Counted from the first letter of the stretch, positions 29,111 to 37,929 are shown. The stretch is DNA of 54,686 bases from a virus (IMGVR_UViG_3300009182_005502:1-54686); one strand, 5' to 3'. Numbers and translations are program-made. Notes: generated by a model not told the origin, from the sequence alone.

Positions 29111-30645
29111 GTGGAGTAGCTGGAGGAAATCGCATTAAAAGAGAAGATATTCAAAAAACATTTAACGATTATATTAACCTAGTACTTAAAAAAATTCCTA
29201 ATTTTATTGAAGCTACTTTATCCGGTAGTATAAAAACAGGAGCGAAGACTGATTTTGGTGATTTGGATATTATTGCATCTTTTAAAGGTGAAAATAAACA
29301 AGAAGTAAAACAACAAATTATTAACTCAATAACATCTTTACCCACCAGTCTCATTGTACCTTTCAAGAGCCCAAAATATAAAGGTAGAAGGTACTATAAC
29401 GCCGGAGAATTAGTATCAGTGCTATTTCCTATAACAGGTCAACCCGGTCAATATATACAGGTTGATAATATTATAGCTCTATCAAAAGAAGAACATAATT
29501 TTAAAAATATGTTCTTAGATTTACCTGCTGAAAAACAAGGACTTCTCATAGGTCTTGTAAAAACTGTACTTCTTGAAGAAGATTCAAAAAATGTTTTTCG
29601 TAAATTAGGTATTAGAAATTTACCTCCTTTAGAGAAAGGAGAAGAATATGAATTTAACTTAAGTTCAGTTAACCTGTCTTTAAGAAAAGTTAAATTAGAA
29701 AATTTTAAAGAACTTTCTAGGGAAATAATCTGGAGTTCTGCTGATTGGAGTCTTGTAGAAAAATTACTTCAGAATTATAACATTAATTCTTCATTTGAAG
29801 AATTGTTAAACGATATATCTAGTAAATTAAAAAACCCTAGATCAAAAAAGCGAGTATCGGGTATTTTTAAAGGAATGGTTAGTGTAAAATCTGGAGAAGT
29901 TGATACACCTAAAGGAGATAATAAAGAAAGAGCTATAAAACTTGTAACCCAACGTCTATCAGAATCTCGAACTAAGACATTTTTTAACAAAAATAAATCT
30001 TTTTCAAAATTCTTTACAGAATCTGAAAACCAGGCATACAATTTAATTGTTATATTTCCTGGACGCTTTCAACCTTTTCATCAAGGACATAAATTGTACT
30101 ACGATAAGGCGAAAGCAGAGTTTCCTACAGCAAAATTTTATATAGCTACAGCGAGCAATACAAGCGGGGCAGCTTTAAAAGAGCCGTACAAGTACCCTTT
30201 TAATTTTGAAGAAAAAAAGCAAATTATGGTAGCTGCAGGAGTACCTGAAAATGAAGTCGTACAAACAGTCAATCCTTATACCCCTATTGAAATACTTCAG
30301 CAATATAATCCTGATGTAGATAAAGTAATATTTCTTGTTGGTAAGAAAGATATGACAGAAAATCCTCGTTTTTCATTTAAAGAAACTAAAAAAGGCAATA
30401 AGTCGTATTTTCAGCCCTATAAAGATGTAAATCAAATGGATCCCTTTAATACAGAGGGCGGACACGGTTATGTGTACGCTCCAGGTACCTTTACTTTTGA
30501 TATTGATGGTAGACCCTGTAAAGGGGCTACAGAGCTTAGACAAGAATTTAAAACAGCAGATGAAAAAAAGCGTCAACGTATTGTAATAGACACTATAGGT
30601 CATCCGGACCAAAATATATACAATCTCTTTGTTAAAAAATTATAA
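29107..30645 (+). CDS. Fusion: Pol-beta nucleotidyltransferase + HxGH cytidylyltransferase-like domain
   Basis: N-terminal LSGS..GDLDII and YIQVD; C-terminal FPGRFQPFHQGH, PFNFEEK, GATELR. Confidence 0.8.
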   Translation: MSGVAGGNRIKREDIQKTFNDYINLVLKKIPNFIEATLSGSIKTGAKTDFGDLDIIASFKGENKQEVKQQIINSITSLPTSLIVPFKSPKYKGRRYYNAGELVSVLFPITGQPGQYIQVDNIIALSKEEHNFKNMFLDLPAEKQGLLIGLVKTVLLEEDSKNVFRKLGIRNLPPLEKGEEYEFNLSSVNLSLRKVKLENFKELSREIIWSSADWSLVEKLLQNYNINSSFEELLNDISSKLKNPRSKKRVSGIFKGMVSVKSGEVDTPKGDNKERAIKLVTQRLSESRTKTFFNKNKSFSKFFTESENQAYNLIVIFPGRFQPFHQGHKLYYDKAKAEFPTAKFYIATASNTSGAALKEPYKYPFNFEEKKQIMVAAGVPENEVVQTVNPYTPIEILQQYNPDVDKVIFLVGKKDMTENPRFSFKETKKGNKSYFQPYKDVNQMDPFNTEGGHGYVYAPGTFTFDIDGRPCKGATELRQEFKTADEKKRQRIVIDTIGHPDQNIYNLFVKKL

Positions 30646-30684
30646 GTAGTTGAACATTGCTAAATGTCATATACTATATAGTGT

Positions 30685-30993
30685 ATGAGTACAACAGTCA
30701 TACAGACAAGTAAAACTACAGATACGGTAACTCTAACTTTAGATAGCGAACAAATAAATTATATAGTTGAAGCACTTTTATTTTCTGCCTCTGTTAATAT
30801 AGGAGCAGTGTGGGAAGAGACGGATTTTAACAAAATGATTGAAATTGCTAAAAATTTAAAGAGTACGTGCAATAATATTAATTTACAAAAAATTTGTTTT
30901 TATAAAGAAGATAATTATGAAGATAATTGGTCTAAAGACATTTTTAATATATTTAAAAAAAATCTAAAGGTATTAAACTTAGAGAAAGCTTAA
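30685..30993 (+). CDS. Hypothetical protein
   Basis: ORF preceded by a TTGAAC...TACTAT promoter-like sequence; first gene of the queD/queE unit. Confidence 0.65.
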   Translation: MSTTVIQTSKTTDTVTLTLDSEQINYIVEALLFSASVNIGAVWEETDFNKMIEIAKNLKSTCNNINLQKICFYKEDNYEDNWSKDIFNIFKKNLKVLNLEKA

Positions 30994-30997
30994 TTTT

Positions 30998-31465
30998 ATG
31001 AACATTAAACAACCTACCTGGCAGAGTACAAAAATTATAACACTCGGTTCATGTGCATTTCGTCAATGGGGTGCTAATCACTCTCATTGTCAGTACCTTC
31101 ATGGCTACCAGCTTAAGGCTAAGTTTTGGTTCAGCGGTAAGGAATTGGATAATAAAAACTGGATGGTTGATTTTGGAGGTTTAAAACCTCTTAAGAAGAT
31201 ATTAGAAGATCAATTTGATCATACCCTTTGTATTGCTGCTAACGATCCATGTCTAGAGCAGTTTAAAGAGCTTGAAAAGCTCGGTGCTTGTGTTCTTCGT
31301 ATTATGCCAGACGGTGTAGGTATAGAAAGAACAGCCGAATGGGTATATAAAACTGCTAATGATTTTATTAATATAGAAACTAACGGTCGTTGCTGGGTAG
31401 ATAAGGTCGAGGTTTTTGAGCACGAAGATAATTCAGCAATTTATTCAGAATGGAAAACAAACTAG
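30998..31465 (+). CDS. queD: 6-carboxy-5,6,7,8-tetrahydropterin synthase
   Basis: HCQYLHGY, WMVDFG, FDH, GIE, terminal EHEDNSA. Confidence 0.9.
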   Translation: MNIKQPTWQSTKIITLGSCAFRQWGANHSHCQYLHGYQLKAKFWFSGKELDNKNWMVDFGGLKPLKKILEDQFDHTLCIAANDPCLEQFKELEKLGACVLRIMPDGVGIERTAEWVYKTANDFINIETNGRCWVDKVEVFEHEDNSAIYSEWKTN

Positions 31466-31659
31466 AAGTTATAGATACTAAATTTGAAAAACTAGTATCA
31501 TCTAATGACGGTAAAATAACTTTTTTTACCTTATTAGCTCTTTTTGGTATATTAATATATGCTTTAATATATAATGTAATTACATTAATTTTTACACCTC
31601 AAGGATTAACAACCATTGTAATCGTAGCCCTTTTATATAAACTCATTTATGCCCATTGA
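31450..31659 (+). CDS. Small membrane protein
   Basis: Two hydrophobic segments; coupled between queD and queE. Confidence 0.6.
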   Translation: MENKLEVIDTKFEKLVSSNDGKITFFTLLALFGILIYALIYNVITLIFTPQGLTTIVIVALLYKLIYAH

Positions 31660-32407
31660 TATTAATACCGAAACATTATTTCTTTCAGACGATAAAGTAT
31701 TTTACACTATAGAAGGTGAAGGTGAATACGTAGGTGTACCGTCTGTGTTTATGAGGATGTCAATGTGTAACCTTACGTGTAAAGGATTTGCATCAGAAGA
31801 TTCTCCTAATGGTTGTGATTCTTTTATTTCTTGGTCAGTAAAGAACAAGATGACATTTGCTGAGATATTTCAGCTTATGGAAGACAACAACTATATTGAA
31901 CATCTTAGAAATAAAGTTATTTTAAAGCTTACAGGAGGTGAACCTCTTATTCAGGAAAAGCAATTGCTAAAGTTTATTGCAGCGTTTCAAGATCGTTACA
32001 ATTTTGTACCTCGTATTGATTTTGAAACTAATGCTACTCTTATTCCTAGTGATGAATGGGAAAAGTATTTTGCTACGTTTACAACTTCACCTAAGCTTAT
32101 TTCTAACGGAGATCCGGAAGAAAAGACATACAAGCCTGATGCTCTTCGCTGGCATGTAGCTGCTGGGTCAGGGTTTAAATTTGTAATCAATCGATCAGAA
32201 GATATTGATGAAATTTGGCGTAAGTATGTTAATGACTCTGAAAATATTAATATACCTTTAAGTCGTATTTGGCTTATGCCTTGTTGCGGTTCTAGAGAAG
32301 AGCACGTCGCTAATGCCCCTGCTGTAGCAGAATACGCTAAAGCTTTACACGTTAATTTTAGTCCTAGATTACAGTTGTTAATTTGGAATAGAGCTCTTAA
32401 AGTATAA
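31649..32407 (+). CDS. queE: 7-carboxy-7-deazaguanine synthase (radical SAM)
   Basis: FYTIEGEG..G.PSVF.R..CNLTC...CDS, TGGEP, ETN, SPK, FSPRLQ. Confidence 0.92.
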   Translation: MPIDINTETLFLSDDKVFYTIEGEGEYVGVPSVFMRMSMCNLTCKGFASEDSPNGCDSFISWSVKNKMTFAEIFQLMEDNNYIEHLRNKVILKLTGGEPLIQEKQLLKFIAAFQDRYNFVPRIDFETNATLIPSDEWEKYFATFTTSPKLISNGDPEEKTYKPDALRWHVAAGSGFKFVINRSEDIDEIWRKYVNDSENINIPLSRIWLMPCCGSREEHVANAPAVAEYAKALHVNFSPRLQLLIWNRALKV

Positions 32408-32408
32408 T

Positions 32409-33038
32409 ATGAAAATTGCTTTTATAGGTACCCAATGTAACGGTAAGACTACTCTTATTGAACAATTTCTAGAAACCTGGCCGATGTATAAGAAGCCAGA
32501 AAAAACATACAGAGATTTAATTTCTGAAAAAAAATTAAAGTTAAATCAAAAAGGAGATGAAAAAAATCAGCGTATTATTTTAGATGCTTTAATTGATGAA
32601 TCTCAGCTTGCTAGCGGTTCTGGTGAAGAAAATTTAATTTTTGATCGCTGTGTATTAGATAATATTGTTTATAGTCTTTGGCTTAATGCTAAAGAAAAGG
32701 TAAGTGATAATTTTATTATGGATTGTAAGTTTCTTGTTATGGAGACTTTAAAGAGTTTAGATATTATATTTTATTTACCTTTGAGACGGGAAATACAACT
32801 CGAAAAGCGTAAAGGCAGAGATATTGATCCTGTTTATAGAGAAGAAATTGATAATATCTTTAGAGCTATAGCTACTTCATATGAAAAAGGTACATCACCA
32901 TTCTTTCCAAAAGAGGATTGTCCTGTTTTAATTACTCTTGAAGGACCTCCGGATTTAAGATTAGAACAAATAAAACTTTATATTAAACCATCTGGTAAAT
33001 GCTTTGATGAATCTGACGGATCTTTAATATCTACATAA
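32409..33038 (+). CDS. P-loop nucleoside/nucleotide kinase-like protein
   Basis: GTQCNGKTT, FDRCVLD, LDIIFY; paralog of 37..594. Confidence 0.75.
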   Translation: MKIAFIGTQCNGKTTLIEQFLETWPMYKKPEKTYRDLISEKKLKLNQKGDEKNQRIILDALIDESQLASGSGEENLIFDRCVLDNIVYSLWLNAKEKVSDNFIMDCKFLVMETLKSLDIIFYLPLRREIQLEKRKGRDIDPVYREEIDNIFRAIATSYEKGTSPFFPKEDCPVLITLEGPPDLRLEQIKLYIKPSGKCFDESDGSLIST

Positions 33039-33044
33039 AAACTG

Positions 33045-33052
33045 TATAAATA
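33045..33052 (+). promoter_or_regulatory. T4 late promoter TATAAATA
   Basis: Perfect consensus 10 nt before ATG 33063. Confidence 0.8.
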
Positions 33053-33062
33053 ATATATAGTT

Positions 33063-33833
33063 ATGTTAGATTTTAATAGTATTACTTTAAGCTATCTTAC
33101 AGAGGCAGGAGTACCAACCAGTTCGTGGTTTTACCCTGTCATTAAGCAACATATTAATTTGTTTAATACTACAGATTTAAACAACGATGTTTTATTAAAC
33201 AACCTGTTTAGGTTGAGTACAAAAGGGTATATAACCCCGGAAGAGATACAACCGTATGAAAAGTACGTACATGTTATTGATTTTATAGCAAATACAGATT
33301 TTTCAAAAGGAAAGCCTAAAACTTTTGAAGAGTTTTTAAAAAATTATGGGGATGCTACAAATGTTAATAGAGCTGATCAGACGTTATCACTTACAAAATA
33401 TAATTGGTCTGTTACTAACAGATTTGTTTTAGGAGCTTTAACAGGTTATGATAAGAGAGCTGAAATAAATGCTGAACCGTATAAGAATCTACCTCCATTA
33501 GCAGCAATTATAAAATTACTTACCGATCAAAAAGGTTACGATGTTAAATTAGCACAACAAATTATTCAATATCCGTTAAGTGTTAACAAGAACTTTACTA
33601 AAAATAAATATGCAATGACAAGTATATATAATATTGCTTTAGATTTATTACTTTTCTTCAGAAAAAGTGTAATAGATAATAATGAATATTATTTAAATAT
33701 GAAGGAATTAGGATTAAAAGATGTTAATGAACTTGAAAAATGTCTTGAACAATTTGCAGGAAATGAAAAAGCAAATACCCCTGCGGGTTTATTTTTTAAG
33801 CAATTATATATAAACTTTGTTAACGGAAAATAA
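33063..33833 (+). CDS. Hypothetical late protein, putative internal head protein
   Basis: Late promoter; leader MLDFNSITLSYLTEA. Confidence 0.7.
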   Translation: MLDFNSITLSYLTEAGVPTSSWFYPVIKQHINLFNTTDLNNDVLLNNLFRLSTKGYITPEEIQPYEKYVHVIDFIANTDFSKGKPKTFEEFLKNYGDATNVNRADQTLSLTKYNWSVTNRFVLGALTGYDKRAEINAEPYKNLPPLAAIIKLLTDQKGYDVKLAQQIIQYPLSVNKNFTKNKYAMTSIYNIALDLLLFFRKSVIDNNEYYLNMKELGLKDVNELEKCLEQFAGNEKANTPAGLFFKQLYINFVNGK

Positions 33834-33836
33834 TAT

Positions 33837-34196
33837 ATGAAAAACAATTTTTTAACAATAGTGGAAGATGTACTTAATGAAGCACCTACACCAGCACTCG
33901 GGCACGGTGTAAATAGTAGTACTATGAATCCATGGGCTCCTCCAACACCAGCAGCTCCGGCTACCTCTACTACCCCGGCAACGCCAATTACACCTATAAA
34001 AACAGTATATGAATTAAGTGCTCCTGATAAAGCTCCACGTATATGGCAAGAGTTTACTGTTTTATGTACAACGGTTAGAGCGAGTGTAGGTGAAATACCC
34101 TCTAAATGGGCTACCGTCGGTAAAGGATTACTAAATGTAGGGTCGGGACTATTGAAAGGTCTTGAAGGAGCAAGTGGAGCATTAAGTAAATTTTAA
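33837..34196 (+). CDS. Pro/Thr/Ala-rich late protein
   Basis: Leader MKNNFLTIVEDVLNEA; PTPAAPATSTTPATP tract; Gly-rich C-terminus. Confidence 0.7.
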   Translation: MKNNFLTIVEDVLNEAPTPALGHGVNSSTMNPWAPPTPAAPATSTTPATPITPIKTVYELSAPDKAPRIWQEFTVLCTTVRASVGEIPSKWATVGKGLLNVGSGLLKGLEGASGALSKF

Positions 34197-34197
34197 T

Positions 34198-34434
34198 ATG
34201 TGTACAAAGTTTGATACAATTTTAGAAGGATTTTATCCCGCTACAATGAAGCTCATTACAAGAGTTCGTTACCCTAAGCAAATTAAGTTTAGTGAAGAGT
34301 TTCATGAAGCTCTTAATAAAGAGTTTGCACGTCTTCAGACATTAGAAGAAAACGAAACTGAAGCTCCTCAGCCAATTAGAAATTACAAAGAAAAGTTTCT
34401 TAAAGCAGTAAATTTTTGCGTTAGTTCGCTTTAA
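34198..34434 (+). CDS. Hypothetical late protein
   Basis: Leader MCTKFDTILEG; coupled to the previous gene. Confidence 0.65.
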   Translation: MCTKFDTILEGFYPATMKLITRVRYPKQIKFSEEFHEALNKEFARLQTLEENETEAPQPIRNYKEKFLKAVNFCVSSL

Positions 34435-35431
34435 ACTTTAATTTAGCTTCAATACCGCTAAATGAATTATCAATAATAAACTTATACGGAAATTCGTTTA
34501 TATCTAGCTGACAGCATATTTCATTTATATCTTTATATTTACGCAACTCCTTGGGCCATACAAAGAGTTTCTTACCTCTATCTATAAGAGTTCTAATCTT
34601 CTTATCCATTTCTTTATTATCTTTATCGTTATCGTAAACGTAAATAATTTCTTGTCCGAAGCATTTATTTAAAAACGTCTCTTGTTTTTCTGTTAGTGTA
34701 GAGCCACCAATCGCTACTCCGTTTCTTACAAACATAGCATCAATAGGTCCTTCAAATACAAATATATAAGGTATAGATAAATCTATATTATTTTCTCCGT
34801 ATAAACATTTATCACCAAACTTTGTAAGATATTTTGGATATGAATCCCCTGTTAAGCTTCTACTTTGATAGGATTCAATTTTATTATCTTGAGAGTAAAA
34901 AGGTATAATAAGTCTATTCTTATGTACGTAATCAGAAAATGAAATATATAAAGAAGAAGGTCTATTTACTGCAGTAAACAACTTTCGTTTATTACAATAA
35001 TCTAAAGCTTGTTGTATAAACTTATATTGACTAGCCCCTTTATAATAATCACACTGATTACTATCAAACAAGTCAACACTATCTTCTGGTATTGAAGGAA
35101 CCTTAAATTCTTTTTTATCCTCCATACTTGATAGCACAGTTACTAGGTTAACAGCCCCGTCAAATGCTCTAGAGTCTCGTAATACCTCATGATAGGACTT
35201 ACCAGTTACCTCTTGTAACCAGTTTATTTCATTCCACGATCTACTGCAGTTAAAACAGTAAAAATATCTTTCAGAGGTAAAGTAAAATAATCTTCTCTTA
35301 CTACCTGCAGAACTACCTTCGTGACATATACAGCATTCAGCATTATAAGAGTTTTGATATTTTTTATATATCGGTCTCTTACAATAACTATATATGTTTT
35401 GAATTATATAATCTTGAGGTAGTCCTTCCAC
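34421..35431 (-). CDS. gp61: DNA primase (gp61)
   Basis: Zinc finger CCIC..CFNC, RLIIPF, Toprim FEGPIDAMF, YDND, KDINE; GTG start. Confidence 0.93.
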   Translation of the reverse strand: MEGLPQDYIIQNIYSYCKRPIYKKYQNSYNAECCICHEGSSAGSKRRLFYFTSERYFYCFNCSRSWNEINWLQEVTGKSYHEVLRDSRAFDGAVNLVTVLSSMEDKKEFKVPSIPEDSVDLFDSNQCDYYKGASQYKFIQQALDYCNKRKLFTAVNRPSSLYISFSDYVHKNRLIIPFYSQDNKIESYQSRSLTGDSYPKYLTKFGDKCLYGENNIDLSIPYIFVFEGPIDAMFVRNGVAIGGSTLTEKQETFLNKCFGQEIIYVYDNDKDNKEMDKKIRTLIDRGKKLFVWPKELRKYKDINEICCQLDINEFPYKFIIDNSFSGIEAKLKFKAN

Positions 35432-35449
35432 CCCTATATTATATACTCT

Positions 35450-35917
35450 TTATCGCTGATTACCAGAACCACCGGCTGCTATATCTCTTGAACGCTTAGC
35501 AGAATTAATAACAAAACCTTTTATAATCTCTGAAAGTTCAGCAACTTGACTTGCTATACGGATAATTTCCGGGCTTGTTTCTCTGGAAATACCTTGAAAT
35601 AAGCTACCAGGACGATCCATATCATTCACAAGCTTTTGAAGAGACTCGCTGTCAACACCGTTAAGGGCATCAGCAAATTCATCAAGCTTTGATATTTGAG
35701 CCTTTAAAGAACTGGCGTCACCGCCAGGGGAACCTACCGGATTAGGTTCTACATCATAATTATCAGGGGTTGGTACACCATCGGTTACATCTGCAGCAGG
35801 TTCAACGTTAGTATCGTTGTGTACATTTATATCAGCTGCTTCTCCCTCATTAGGAGGTGTCATATAATCATCAGCTTCGGTTAAAAAAACTTGAGTAAAA
35901 AGAGTGTCGAATTTCAT
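35450..35917 (-). CDS. Acidic late protein, putative internal head/core protein
   Basis: Leader MKFDTLFTQVFLTEA; late promoter upstream. Confidence 0.7.
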   Translation of the reverse strand: MKFDTLFTQVFLTEADDYMTPPNEGEAADINVHNDTNVEPAADVTDGVPTPDNYDVEPNPVGSPGGDASSLKAQISKLDEFADALNGVDSESLQKLVNDMDRPGSLFQGISRETSPEIIRIASQVAELSEIIKGFVINSAKRSRDIAAGGSGNQR

Positions 35918-35934
35918 ACAATATTGTTATAATA

Positions 35935-35942
35935 TATTTATG
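35935..35942 (-). promoter_or_regulatory. T4-type late promoter CATAAATA
   Basis: Minus-strand motif 17 nt before ATG 35917. Confidence 0.55.
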
Positions 35943-36298
35943 TGAATATGTTGTATTTCTTTAGTTTATTATGTTTAATTACAAGTATTCTTTTAACATG
36001 GTTTAAAACTAATGCTTTTATTGATTATTGTAAGCTTTTTAATGTGTTTACTAGCATTGTCAAAAGCTTTGAATTTACCGATTCTTTAAGCTTCCCACAG
36101 TTTTTATTTATAACATATAAGAATAGTGTAAAAAATAGATTAAACGTGTTCTTACTTAAACTAGTAACCTGTCCAATATGTTTATCAGCGTGGCTGTGTA
36201 TTGTATTAGGTACTTTATTCGGTTATTTTCTTTATATACCGATATTATACATCGGTAGCTTGTTTTTTTACTTCAAGCTTATCAAGTTTATTGACTAA
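35942..36298 (+). CDS. Membrane protein (DUF1360-like)
   Basis: Hydrophobic segments flanking LVTCPICLSAW; start may be ATG 35948. Confidence 0.6.
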   Translation: MNMLYFFSLLCLITSILLTWFKTNAFIDYCKLFNVFTSIVKSFEFTDSLSFPQFLFITYKNSVKNRLNVFLLKLVTCPICLSAWLCIVLGTLFGYFLYIPILYIGSLFFYFKLIKFID

Positions 36299-37075
36299 AA
36301 AGTCGTTTAAAATTAACTCTACCTCTTCTCTTAGATAGGGTAACTCAATAAGCTGATAGTTATCGTTTTTTTGATTGAACCAGATTATTGTTAATTTACT
36401 AATTTCAATTGTAGAGTATTTCTCAATAAAATATTTGTAAATACTCAACTGTAAGGCATATGTATTGTATTCACACTCATGCAAATGCTCCAAAGGAGGA
36501 AGCATATATTTTTTAAAGTTATTTGTTTGCTTTATATCCTTATTAGTTTTATAATCGTAAATTTCAAACGTATTATCTTTTGTATTAAACGCAAGCATAT
36601 CTAGCATTCCACATATCTTAGAACCAGAAATATCTCCAACAGGAAATTCACTCTTTACTGGTAAAATATAAGAATGATCCTTATAAAAATTGTTAAACTG
36701 TTTAATGAGAATTAAAATTTCTTCTCTTAATCTTATATGTTCTTCAGGACCTAACTCCTTCTCTACTTGTTCTTTATTATACTGAACTACTTTATTATTA
36801 TAAAAATTTTCAATATAATTGTGAAGTATTGTACCTCTTGTAGTTGAATAAACATTATTCAATGCCCAAATACTTTGAATAACATCTGGTGTAGTACCTT
36901 GTTTTTTAGCAGTAATGGCAGACCATTTTTCTTTATCAAACTTTTCCTTATAAAGACCGAGTAAACCAGTAACAGAAAGAGGGGCACCAGGTTTATTATC
37001 AATTAAATATTTGTGCGTTGAACTTAAAAACGTTATGCTGTTAAAAACTGTTAATTCTTTTAGTTTATTAAGCAT
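36245..37075 (-). CDS. PD-(D/E)XK exonuclease (RecB/Cas4-like)
   Basis: SVT, RGTILH, GMLD, YDYKT, YALQLSIY; start moved to ATG 37075. Confidence 0.85.
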   Translation of the reverse strand: MLNKLKELTVFNSITFLSSTHKYLIDNKPGAPLSVTGLLGLYKEKFDKEKWSAITAKKQGTTPDVIQSIWALNNVYSTTRGTILHNYIENFYNNKVVQYNKEQVEKELGPEEHIRLREEILILIKQFNNFYKDHSYILPVKSEFPVGDISGSKICGMLDMLAFNTKDNTFEIYDYKTNKDIKQTNNFKKYMLPPLEHLHECEYNTYALQLSIYKYFIEKYSTIEISKLTIIWFNQKNDNYQLIELPYLREEVELILNDFLVNKLDKLEVKKQATDV

Positions 37076-37680
37076 TACTTTAATCTCCTTATAGGACAGC
37101 AACAATGCTTATAGATATTACAACCGTTACAATTTCTACCGTTATCTAGATATATATGAGGCCGGGCACAAGAAAACTCTGTTAGGGACTTTACGTGATC
37201 GGGGTTTGTCATATCTAGAAATTTACTCTCCGTCTTTGGCTTAAGCATGTACCTAGCCTTAGGATCAGGGTTATTAATATATTCATTAAGTGCTTTGCGC
37301 TTTTCTCTCTTTATGATAGCTGCTCTGTTTTTAATCTTCTTTGCGTAACACTTTAAAATTACAATAGGTAAATCAGTTTTATCTTTGCAGTTATATTTCG
37401 CTCTAATTTGAGATTCGGTGTAACCCTCTTTAAGAAGAATTCGTGCTTCCTTACATACATAGTACATTACATACTGTGCTGTAGTAGGTATTTTTAATTT
37501 AAAGGCTTCTTTCTCAAGCCTTGCATTACGAATTTTAAAGGTTTGACCGGTTAAGATACAAGTTACTAAAGGTACACGAGGAGGCTTAACCGCTTTTACT
37601 TTTTTCGGTTTAACCTTTACAGGTAACTTTTTAACAGCTTTTACTTTTGTTTTGGTAATTTTCTTTTTAACTGCTTTCAT
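37075..37680 (-). CDS. Basic protein with Lys-rich N-terminal tail and Cys-rich C-terminus
   Basis: KVKAVKK repeats; CARP..CNGC..CCC. Confidence 0.7.
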   Translation of the reverse strand: MKAVKKKITKTKVKAVKKLPVKVKPKKVKAVKPPRVPLVTCILTGQTFKIRNARLEKEAFKLKIPTTAQYVMYYVCKEARILLKEGYTESQIRAKYNCKDKTDLPIVILKCYAKKIKNRAAIIKREKRKALNEYINNPDPKARYMLKPKTESKFLDMTNPDHVKSLTEFSCARPHIYLDNGRNCNGCNIYKHCCCPIRRLK

Positions 37681-37699
37681 TGTTTGTATAGAGTTTATT

Positions 37700-37707
37700 A
37701 ATAAATA
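37700..37707 (+). promoter_or_regulatory. T4-type late promoter AATAAATA
   Basis: TAAATA core 6 nt before ATG 37714. Confidence 0.55.
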
Positions 37708-37713
37708 AATTAT

Positions 37714-37896
37714 ATGCCAGCTAAATCAGAAAAACAACGCAAGTTCTTTGGTGCTGTTATGAGCGCTAAGAAGGGTCAAAAGAATGTTACAGGTGCTGCT
37801 AAAAAAGCATCTAAAGAAATGTCTAAAGAAACTATTAAAGACTTTCTTAAGAAAGAATCTTTTGATTCTATTGTTGATAACATACTTAACGACTAA
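37714..37896 (+). CDS. Small basic protein (DUF3008-like MPAKS..Q N-terminus)
   Basis: MPAKSEKQRKFFGAV..AKKG..AKKASKEMS. Confidence 0.7.
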   Translation: MPAKSEKQRKFFGAVMSAKKGQKNVTGAAKKASKEMSKETIKDFLKKESFDSIVDNILND

Positions 37897-37929
37897 AAAA
37901 GAAAACGACCGATCTATTAAATCGGCCGT
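37895..37929 (-). terminator. Rho-independent terminator
   Basis: On the minus strand ACGGCCGAT/ATCGGTCGT stem followed by TTTCTTTTTT, between convergent genes. Confidence 0.75.

Noticed and set aside
33831-33839. In-frame TAA-TAT-ATG junction suggesting readthrough or a split gene
   Set aside because: The second ORF has its own ATG and its own targeting-like leader, so two genes is the simpler reading
36245-37075. Cas4-like nuclease suggesting a CRISPR system
   Set aside because: No repeat-spacer array or other cas genes were seen; stand-alone PD-(D/E)XK exonucleases are common in phages
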